The notes under the pieces are model-generated. The model was not told the DNA's origin. It did not search any database and worked only from the letters and a program-made list of their open reading frames with translations. From assembly GCA_021613535.1 (NCBI GenBank), contig CP075497.1:7998001-8062000 (forward strand): 64,000 nucleotides of DNA, in the 5' to 3' direction. The stretch comes from Adineta vaga (Eukaryota; Animalia; Rotifera). The first letter of the stretch is position 1, and every line of letters begins with the position of its first letter. Positions 26,383-36,273 of the stretch are shown piece by piece. Both the position numbers and the translations under genes were made by a program.

Positions 26383-28976
26383 TTATGTAAAGACATTTGT
26401 AAAAGATTCATCATTGAAATGAATAGAAAATTTTTTACTATCATCCATGTAAACTGTTGGATCAGAATGATGACGTCGTTGAGATAAAAATTGACGATTT
26501 TTATCCAGAAATATGAACCACATATGAGTAAGAATACTAGTCGTAAGTACTTGAATAATCACATAAACTAAATGAAAAAGACTAGATAAACAAAAAGGAT
26601 AAGAAGTGTAAATATACTAGTTATTATTATTGCACATGTGGATCGAGTTTGTCCATAGAGATCTACACAAGGTACGAGATCACCTAAACCTATCAGATGA
26701 TTTGTTGTAATAGCAAAATAAGTTAATTCAATTAAAGACCATTGTGGAACATATATATTATGTATAATCAATGTTGGAATTATTATAAAGAAGAAAGTAA
26801 CTAGAAATGTGATGAACAGAGTTGAAAGAAGAAAACTACGAGATTTTGTTGAATAATATGTAATATAACGATTGAGAGCAATTTGGGAAACAGCTTCATA
26901 GAGAATTGGAATTAATCGACGATGTACAATTTGTTGAAGAAATAAAGCGAAAATTAAACCAACTGCAGTATAAAGAATACAAAGAGCTTTTCCATAGGGT
27001 GTTATTAAATTTGTAGTGCCAAAACCTAAGAAATACAATATATGGTCAATGAAGAATTCTACAGATCGAATTATTCAAAAGAGTAGCATCTGTTTTCTTT
27101 CACTAAATGTGAATTTTTTTTCTCAAAGTAAATAACTGTACTTAATAACAGTTTTTTCTTCTTTCTTCTTTTCTCTGTATTATTACAAATAATCAATTTG
27201 ATGATAACATTATTTTTCACGCCTTCTCATTATCATGCTATTTGAAATTGTGAGAATCGAACCATCTGCGATCTGGCGTGATCCATCGTATCTATTGTAT
27301 AAAACAGTGATTTAAACATTAATCTGTATGCTTATTATTTAGCTTTAACATAGTCCCTTTGATATGAAGTCTGTGTCGATCATTGCCATCGCTCTTTTTG
27401 CTCTTGTTGCTTTATGTTCAAGCGCTCCTCTTGCTCAACAACAAGCAGAAGATCAAGCTCGTATTGATATCTACAATGATTTCTTGTCTAATCTTTTCTC
27501 GGGCCTTGTTTCAACAACATTCGGAACAGTCTCAAACTTCCTTAATCAACTCATCGCTGATAATCCATTACAAGTTGGTAAACGTGATGTTGATGGCGAT
27601 TTAGCTGCTCGTATTAGTGCTTTATCATTTCTTTATGATAACATTCTCGCTGAATTCTTCAGTGGTATTGTTACCAACACATTCACCACCGCCACCAATG
27701 CTCTTAACAACTTGATCCAAACTAACCCATTAAATCTTGGCAAACGTGAGGTTGAAGGTGACTTAGCTGCTCGTATTAGTGCTTTATCATTTCTTTATGA
27801 TAACATTCTCGCTGAATTCTTCAGTGGTATTGTTACCAACACATTCACCACCGCCACCAATGCTCTTAACAACTTGATCCAAACTAACCCATTAAATCTT
27901 GGCAAACGTGAGGTTGAAGGTGACTTAGCTGCTCGTATTAGTGCTTTATCATTTCTTTATGATAACATTCTCGCTGAATTCTTCAGCGGTATTGTTACCA
28001 ATACATTCACAACCGCCACCAATGCTCTTAACAACTTGATCCAAACTAACCCATTAAATCTTGGCAAACGTGCTGAACCTATCAACATTAGCATTTTTCA
28101 ATTTCTTTATGACAATGTTGTTGCTGACTTATTTGGTGGTCTTGCTTCAAATACTGCTAACTATCTTCAAAACACACTTAACAATCTTCTTAACAAACCA
28201 TTTGCCAACATTGGTAAACGATCAGTTGAAATTCAACAAGCTCAAACACTTATTGCTCAAACAGTTTCAACACTCATCGCAACATTCAAGACATTCGCTC
28301 AACAAGCTGTTGCTTCATTAAATGATCGACAAAAATTCTCTGAACTTGTCAAGGAAAACATTGCTTTTATCAAAACTACTGTTGCTGCTTTAGCTCAACA
28401 ATTATCTCAACTTATTCCATCAGCAATTGCAACCGAAATCAGCGAAGTTTTAGCTATGCTTCAATCAGTTCTCGTCTTCTGGACAAGTGGTCTTGCTGGT
28501 TCATTAGGTCCAGTTCTTGGTGCTTTTCGTCCTTAAAAAGGTTCAATTTTCTTCTAATATGTGACAGCTAATCATTTCATTTCAAATAAATTTTCAAATT
28601 ATATTCAGAGATTTTGTTTCTTACCAACAGTAGTCAAAAGAGATGTGACAAACAATAAACCTTGTCCATATGTCCATTTAGTAATATTTGTTTTTGAAGA
28701 AGATGAATGCCATAAACCAGTATGAGATTTATCCAAGAAATAATCCACATATGAATATAAATCATGCTCTAAGAAAGAAAGAATATGACTATTCCTTATC
28801 GAAATCATGAGTTTACCTTTCAAACATTGACTATTTCGATTTATAAATTGTTTAATTTGATTACTAACACGTATATGTCGTTTTCTCTCTTCGATAGCAT
28901 TTAATTCATAAAATATCAAAGCACCAAATAGTAAAAAGAGAAAATAACCAAGAAGAAGAGAGGACAATCTTGGCAT
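26383..28976 (-). CDS. Divergent two-pore-domain K+ channel (K2P) paralogue hosting a nested gene
   Basis: TM1 plus cap; P1 WTYGQGLLFVTSLLTTVG|FG is split by intron 28624-27026; TPYGKALCILYTAVG; P2 WSLIELTYFAITTNHLIGLGDLVP; stop at 26383-26385. Confidence 0.8.
27298..27304 (+). promoter_or_regulatory. TATA box of the nested peptide-precursor gene
   Basis: TATAAAA about 60 bp upstream of the ATG at 27364. AATAAA at 28585-28590 lies about 50 nt after the stop. Confidence 0.5.
27364..28536 (+). CDS. Secreted repetitive prepropeptide (five GKR-terminated amphipathic peptides plus a C-terminal helical domain), intronless
   Basis: 390-aa ORF with signal peptide MKSVSIIAIALFALVALCSS, five Gly-Lys-Arg sites and acidic spacers ending in Arg. 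Codon usage (TTC, AAC, ACC, GCT, CTT) is visibly shifted from neighbouring genes. Confidence 0.9.
   Translation: MKSVSIIAIALFALVALCSSAPLAQQQAEDQARIDIYNDFLSNLFSGLVSTTFGTVSNFLNQLIADNPLQVGKRDVDGDLAARISALSFLYDNILAEFFSGIVTNTFTTATNALNNLIQTNPLNLGKREVEGDLAARISALSFLYDNILAEFFSGIVTNTFTTATNALNNLIQTNPLNLGKREVEGDLAARISALSFLYDNILAEFFSGIVTNTFTTATNALNNLIQTNPLNLGKRAEPINISIFQFLYDNVVADLFGGLASNTANYLQNTLNNLLNKPFANIGKRSVEIQQAQTLIAQTVSTLIATFKTFAQQAVASLNDRQKFSELVKENIAFIKTTVAALAQQLSQLIPSAIATEISEVLAMLQSVLVFWTSGLAGSLGPVLGAFRP
27586..28071 (+). repeat. Three tandem 162-bp (54-codon) coding repeats
   Basis: Units 27586-27747, 27748-27909 and 27910-28071 are near-identical, flanked by two diverged units. Confidence 0.97.
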
Positions 28977-29807
28977 ATAAGTAGAATCGATCAGAGACAA
29001 ATCTACAAAACAAAGATTCCAATAGATATCTTTTTACATATTTTACATTTTTCTATATCATTGAAAATGTCTGTTGAGATGCATTCTGTATTTACTTTAT
29101 TAACTTTAATATAAGTACAAAAATTGCATATCTATAGTATAGGCAAGATCTTCAATTATCTAGTTGTTCCTTTCGGTGCAGTGTTGAGTTTTCGTATCAC
29201 TTCACATAACAATGAAAACTAATTCTATAGAAGAATGAATAGGAGAGATATTTTTGTATACCAGCTTATGGTAGAATATTCTCATATACAATCAGATTAC
29301 CTCAGATAACAACTATGAGAACGATACCAAGATGTAGTACTGAGAAAAAAATACATAATAGAGATAAGATGGACTTGCTATATTTTTCATATTCTAACTA
29401 TGACTGGCTACTTAAAAGTGTAGTTTTGCTCATGCATGAACGCAACAAAAAATAATCTTATATGATACTTTCATTCAGAAGATCCCGCTATATATATATA
29501 TATATATATATACAGAATACAGATGAATTTCGTATATTATTATCAACAAAAAGAAAAAGAAAAAGAAAAGACAAATAAGATGAGCTTGATTATTGAAAAA
29601 AAATGTCCATCCTCTTTAAAATATCATTCTATTTATAAGTCATCAAAGCACCAATCAACGAGTAAAATAAAATAAACATTGTAAAAAATAAGAAGCGTTA
29701 ATCATACAAAAAAGAGTATATATGTCATTCAAGATATGTTACAAGATTCATTAGCACCATTGCGCATTTTACTATACTTAATCTCCTTATTCTTTTTTCT
29801 TTTTCAT

Positions 29808-31102
29808 CTAATTGGAATTAAATTCAGGAGTAATATTAGGCTCATTTTTTTCATTTGTTTGTCGACGATATGGATGATTGGATGAAGCATTATGTATACC
29901 ATACGAATGTGATGATGATGAACGTGATAACCATAATAAACCAGATGTTTCATTTGTAGAAATACGTTCATTTTCGTGTTCAACTTCTTTTTCGCTGAGA
30001 AAATATTGAATTAAATGAAGTTCAGGCATTTGAGAAACCATGGCTACAAGTAACATCATTATTGTTACTCCGATCAAGAGATAAACTGAAAAATCAAAAG
30101 CAATTGATAATTAAGTAGAAAAAACGAATATTGAATGTTTACCTGTTAAACAAACTTTATAGAAAAGTCGATTGCGTTGTGTTGGTGAATCGCCGGCGAC
30201 AAGATCTCCAAGACCGATAGTTGTTAAGGAAATAAAACAGAAGTAGAAGGCATCAATAAATGACCAATTATCTTCGAGAAATGTAAATATAATAGAGGGA
30301 ATAATAAATAAGAATATCAATGAAAATAACAAGACTAGAGATAAATGAATAAAACGAATTTTAGATTCAGATCTTCGATCAGACGAAAGTTTACGACGAA
30401 ACCATAAATATGTATCATTAAGTAGGATGAGAAGTTTACGAACAATAACTGAAAGTAATAGTAATGTCATTGGAACACCAAATATTGCATATATAATGCA
30501 AATGATTCGGCCAGTATCTAAATTTAACGATTAAGATTTGATTAAGATTTGAATAGAAAAAAGACAAGAACGAAATACCTGACAATGGACTCACATGTCC
30601 ATATCTAAATAAAGGAAATAATTAGAGAAGAAAAGAAATCATTATTCGTACCCAATTGTAGTTACAACAGTAACCGCAAAGAAGAATGATTGAGCAAATG
30701 ACCAATTATCAACTCTATAAAGAAAATCAATTAATGTCACGTCTAAAATCTCCTAGTTATTCTATTTTCCATTAGAATCTTCGTTTGTTTAAAATTCTTA
30801 CGTAGTAAAATTGGTCCGCGCATCAACTCCATGTTTATTTGCATCAAGTAAAGCAACAATAAACGATTCAAAATCATTTTCTAGAGAAAATAAGTTATTA
30901 AAAATCAATTCTATTGACTCAAACCTTGTACACATGGATATTTGTCAAGAAAATCCTTTCTTGTTTTGAACATTTCATTGATAATACTTTGTTCTGCTGG
31001 TCGTTCAATGGATGAAAATAATTGAGCACCAAGGAACAAATAAATGAGAAAAATGAATGTGAAAAGGAATACATTCAATTTCGTTGTATATCGATTCAAC
31101 AT
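29808..31102 (-). CDS. Two-pore-domain K+ channel, TWIK (KCNK1/6)-like
   Basis: [53 protein letters not shown], and WSFIDAFYFCFISLTTIGLGDLVAG (GLG in P2, as in TWIK channels). Confidence 0.92.
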
Positions 31103-31264
31103 GTTTAAAGTTTTGTTTACAAAGACAAATCTGGAAAAAGGAAAATGGATGTGCATTTTCGATCTTTTATTTCTTCTTCTTATTTTTTGTTTCTTTATGA
31201 TGTTTCAAATGATTTCAACGAACAAATAATAAACAAAACACAAGGAAAAAAAGAATTTTATTGA

Positions 31265-31609
31265 TTATTGTTCGCGCATATCACGTAAACGACGTACAGC
31301 CGAACGAACAGCAGCAGCAGTTGATGTTGAATAAACGTATGCACCACCAGCGACTGTCTTTTGACATGAACGGCATTTCCAAATACCAACACATGAACGT
31401 TTCATATTATCTTTGCCACAAAATGAACATGTGTATTTTGAATGTTGAGTTACTTCCATTTTTTTAACCATTTTACGTAATGATGCACCATATCTAATCA
31501 ACAGAAAATAAATTCAAATAGTAATAGGAAAAAAGATTCCAATTTTCCTTTTTATTTACCGGGTACCATATTTACCAACGATGCCGACTTTTTTGGTTCG
31601 CTTGGCCAT
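31265..31609 (-). CDS. RPL37A: 60S ribosomal protein L37a (eL43), 2 exons
   Basis: [17 protein letters not shown]|[42 protein letters not shown]. Confidence 0.98.
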
Positions 31610-32503
31610 TGATATAGATTAATGAACGAACGGTAAAATGAAATGATGTTCGATCTAAAAAAATAATACAATTGACTATTACATGAAATATCTGTCACTA
31701 ATTCGTTCAATATTTGCAATATCAGAAATAAGCATGCGATACAACAGCAATTCTCTTTACAATGAAATAAGATCGAAATAAACAAATATACTGTTGTCGG
31801 TATAATGCAGTTTAGACAATAACTTTGATAGTAGCGATACTAATAAATAATAATTTCGACCACCACTATGTCGACATGTTAAGTTTATAGATGACACTAA
31901 CAGCCTATGTATAATTTAAAATATTTTCATACTGAAATTGAAAATATCAAATTATATGATGGCATTCGAAAGTGAAAATTTATCGACAGACATACGGATA
32001 CTGAATGGATTATGAAAGAAGTGATTCTTTATTCTTGCTTTGATAGAAAAAAGATGATCAGTTATGTCGCTCTATCTATGTACTAATATAGTGCATAGTA
32101 TTTATCGCTGTCACAAGGATTGCTCAAGCATTTAATGTATTTCAGAACTAAAACTTGCATCTATGTGTAATCTTTAGTATATTCCATGAATATTTCTTCA
32201 CTAAACCTATAGTTACTTGCAATTAAAGTGTTAATTTTCTCATCAAAACCACAGATCATTGTTTTCTAAATATCTTAGTCAATTTTTCTTCACAAATACC
32301 TATAATTTGATTCTATTTCTTCAAAGTCTAATCGAACCAATAGAAAAAGAGTCACTAAAAATCCAATATGACTATCCTTGTAATACCAATTCATTTTAGT
32401 ACATTGTATTATTTTATATAGATTTATTTATTTACTATTTACTCACATTGATTAAACAAAACTATTGTTTGTTTAGTTTGTTTTTCAATTTTAAAAATTT
32501 TAA

Positions 32504-32811
32504 ATGGGTTTCGATCCAGCCGGTAAATGTTTACTTTTTATTATGGTATTTATTTGATTTTTTCAAAAAACAAATCAATTCATTTAATATTCTATATCTA
32601 GGCTGTTCTTTTACCTCCTGTTGCTGTGTATCTTGCTCGAGATAAGGTTTGTTCATGTATGGTTTCTCTCAATATTCTTCTAACACTTCTTGGATGGATA
32701 CCGGGTAAATGTGTTTTTATGATGATTTTCTGATCATTGACATAATTCGTTGTAGGCGTGATTCATGCATTCATTGTCATCTGTTGTTGTTCGGACTATC
32801 AGTCTCATTAA
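32504..32811 (+). CDS. Pmp3/RCI2/YqaE (UPF0057) small membrane proteolipid, 66 aa, 3 exons (absent from the ORF track)
   Basis: Exons 32504-32545, 32602-32704 and 32756-32811 give MGFDPAGKCLLFIMAVLLPPVAVYLARDKVCSCMVSLNILLTLLGWIPGVIHAFIVICCCSDYQSH, with signature motifs LPPxAV and LTLLGWIPGVIHA. Confidence 0.92.
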
Positions 32812-33089
32812 GCTTAGCAATAAGTATAATTTTAATCCAGCATAAAATGAACATTCATCGACTATAGATAATCTTTTTATTCTTGCTTTCTTGATCTTAT
32901 ACTTTATTCGAACAAAAAGAGAACAAGCGAAACTGTTTGATTTATTTCATAAAACGATAAATAAAGTTACATAAGATTCTTTTTTGAATAAAATGAACGA
33001 AAAAGAAGGTTACGGATGAAGTATCTTTCGTTTGACTCTATACATTTTGTTCATCTTCATTTTTCTTTGATAACCATCAAAACAAATTA

Positions 33090-33779
33090 ATGCTTCGAAT
33101 GTTACCTATGTGTAATTCACGGCCACTATGTATGCCGATGAGTTCACCAATCTGTGGACCTGCATCATCAATGGTTCCCATGATGCCAATGGCACCTGCA
33201 CCTATGGTATGTTCACCGAATGTTATGAGTATGTTTTCAACATCAACTTTAATGAGTGAATATGATGCACAAATGTATGGTCGATTTCGACATGTTGAAC
33301 GTGAACATCCACGATATCGTCATGCGCCTTTTGATTGGTATCGTCCACCAAAACAAAATTGTCTGATTATTCATGAAGATGCAGCTGTTGTAACAATGGA
33401 TGGACCTGTACCAATAGGAGATTTTTATCGTCATTATATCTACGGAGATGATTACGATGACTATGATGATGATGATTCAGGAACTTATACATCAGAGGAA
33501 TATGATGATATGGATGTTCCTTCATATGAAGCAAGAAGTGTAGGATATCGACGTTATCCTCAACGAAGTTCTGATTTTGATGATGATGATGATGATGCCG
33601 ATGATATTCATGCACGTTCATCATTAAATGGACGTAATTATTCGACACTGAATCCTAACCGTCGACCTACAACTTTACCAAATACAAATCGACCATCAAA
33701 TTATCGACGAAATCGAACATTAGCTGGTGATGATGATTTTGATGATGCGGCATCTGTAAACAGTACATATGGAAATTAA
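33090..33779 (+). CDS. Uncharacterised intronless low-complexity protein (Met/Pro/Cys-rich N-terminus, Asp/Tyr/Arg-rich C-terminus)
   Basis: 229-aa ATG-initiated ORF with coding-like GC content in an AT-rich background; no family recognised. Confidence 0.7.
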   Translation: MLRMLPMCNSRPLCMPMSSPICGPASSMVPMMPMAPAPMVCSPNVMSMFSTSTLMSEYDAQMYGRFRHVEREHPRYRHAPFDWYRPPKQNCLIIHEDAAVVTMDGPVPIGDFYRHYIYGDDYDDYDDDDSGTYTSEEYDDMDVPSYEARSVGYRRYPQRSSDFDDDDDDADDIHARSSLNGRNYSTLNPNRRPTTLPNTNRPSNYRRNRTLAGDDDFDDAASVNSTYGN

Positions 33780-33877
33780 AAATTCCATTTTCATTCAAAA
33801 CATTTATTTGTTCACATAAGAAAGTTTATTAAAAGTTACAATTTAGAACAAAAAAAGAATATTCAATAGGTTTCATC

Positions 33878-36273
33878 TCATCGAATTCGTTCGAGAGCCA
33901 ATGGTGGTAGTGATAATCGTAATAAATGTTTTTTATTAAGTCCTATATCAATACTTGTTTTTCTTCGTCGATGTACTTCTTGATAGAAATGTTCTCTTGA
34001 TTTTAATGGTCCTCCTCGTAATTGAGGATAATACATGATTGGTAATGAATTATGTTTTCTTTGTATTATTGGATTATGATCATGTCGTTCACAATGAACA
34101 ATTCGTTTCATTGTACGAAAAAATGCTAAACGATATTTACGAGAAAATAAATGATAAAATATTGGATTCACCGTTGAACCGACATAATATAAAATTCCAC
34201 TGATAAAGAAAAAGATGGTAATAGCACGTTGTTGAATAAGAGATAAATGAGAGACATTTATACGACTTGTTAATAAACGTTGAGCATGAAATGGAGCATA
34301 GCAGATGATAAATGCAATAACAACTGCAACTAAAATATTCAGAAGTATTAACAATTTTTTTCGATAAAAAGTCTAATCAGATTTTCTAAAAATAATCTCT
34401 ATGTTTCCTTGAGATAAATGTTAAGACATTCAATTAAGTTGTCAAATACTTTCAGGTGGCTTGCAGTTGACATTTTCTTCTCCTCTTGTATTGAATAACC
34501 TTGTTTGTCTAACATACATTAGTCAAAGACAATCACAATCGGAATCTATTGACACATTTAAAAGTACGATTATTTAATCCGTCAATAAAGATAATTCGTC
34601 ATCGACGATCTTAGAAAAGAGAACTATTCCTAGATGACTACGTCAGTTTTCTCATTTATCTGTCACATGAGAAAAACGTTACCTAAAGACATTTAGTTAG
34701 TTAGTTTATACTGCCGAAAGAGATTATTTTCAAATGAATAATCTTGTTTTTTTTTCTCATTTAACAAGGTTTTTCTGATATCAACTTCTAATTGAAGTTG
34801 TAATAAAACGACTATTTGGAAAAAACTCTATGGTAAAAGATAATTTGTTTGCACAATATAAATAAGAATAACGAGACATTACATTTCAAGCACATTCAAT
34901 ATAACAACTACGTACGTTGCGTACGATACAATTAACCTATTGCCTCCAGTTTTAAAATTTATTAATTTTATCGCTGATCTTTCATCAATGATGCAAAAGT
35001 GTTCTTGAAAATATATTTTGAGTATTATTTTATTTTTCATCGAGTATTTAATTATCTAAGAGAATAAAAAAAGCTTAATATAATCTTTTCTAAGTAGAAA
35101 TCGCCCAACCGTCTGTTGTAAACTTAACAAATTTCGGATTTCTTCCGACATATTTTAATTAAATATCTTTTCAGAAAAGCGTATGTCAAGAACATGTGGT
35201 CAATGTATAAATAAGACTTTAAATGTCAACTAATACTAATAAGAAAATATTTCTTCTTTTCATGATATTAATATACTATGAACTACTTACAAAGCATTTT
35301 AAATGCTGATTTTTTCATTGATTGAATATGTGATGATAATCTTCGAGACGAATTTGAATTATTTCGAAGTAATGATTGTCGACTTTGAAGAGAATTTGTT
35401 GGTAATGTATGGCGAACCATACGAACTCGTTGTCCCAGATGATTTTGATTGAAATCAGTTTCGACTGCACATTTTGAAAAAGTATTTTCTTGTTTTAATG
35501 CATCTTTATCATGTGATAAACCAATATTATATAATCGACGTGCCATTAATGCATATAAAAAGCAAAGTATAAATGCTGGTAAAACGAAAAAGAATATCGT
35601 CGAAATTGAAAAACAAATAATACCGAAAAAACGATAATTCGGATCGAAAAGACATTGAAAATCGACTCTTTTCATCAAAAAAAAATACGGTGTTGAAGAG
35701 AGAATTGCAAAAAACCAGATTAATATTTGAATTTTAATTGCACGTTGAAATGTTAGAACTGATAAATCACGAAGTGGACGACAGACAGCTAAATACCGTT
35801 CGATTGTAAAAGCACTAAAAAGAAAGTAAGAAATTCTCAGGAATGTTTGAAAATTTTGTTTATCCTTTTAACCTAATCGTTAATATCGATACATTTGTGG
35901 ATGTTTCAGCAAGAAGTCCACGTATTTGACAACCAAAACGTTCCCATGGAACTTTAATTGGTAAAAACTAATTAATTACTTCAATAATAGAAATGATTGA
36001 GAATCGAAAAAGGCAACTTACAGAAATTTCGAATGGTAAACTTACAATTAACGGTAGAGTATCACTAATAGCTAAATTAAGTAAATAACAATTAGTTATT
36101 GTTTTCATATCTCGATTAAGTAAAATAATTAAAATAGTTAATAAATTATTGACAAGACCCGCACAAAAGACTGGAATATAGATTGAACCTTGAATAATAC
36201 CGAGTATATTTGTAAAATCATCATCATCATCGAATATTGGTGGATTATTCGTCGTAGAATTAATTAAAACCAT
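33878..36273 (-). CDS. Class A neuropeptide GPCR, neuromedin-U/PRXamide (pyrokinin/capa) receptor-like
   Basis: TITNCYLLNLAISD, AETSTNVSILTI.AFTIERYLAVCRPLR, FIICYAPFHAQRL and YYVGSTVNPIFYHLFSRKYR. Confidence 0.88.

Noticed and set aside
27586-28071. CRISPR-like array or non-coding satellite
   Set aside because: These are in-frame 162-bp coding repeats with no unique spacers, in a eukaryotic context.
32448-32645. ORF-track Cys-rich peptide (GCSFTSCCCVSCSR) as a metallothionein-like gene
   Set aside because: It is an out-of-frame read through the Pmp3 exon 1, intron and exon 2.
33878-36273. Idea that the nearby neuropeptide GPCR is the receptor for the amidated peptides
   Set aside because: This receptor family binds short PRXamide-type ligands. 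The predicted peptides end NPLNL-, NPLQV- and FANI-amide, and proximity alone is not evidence.
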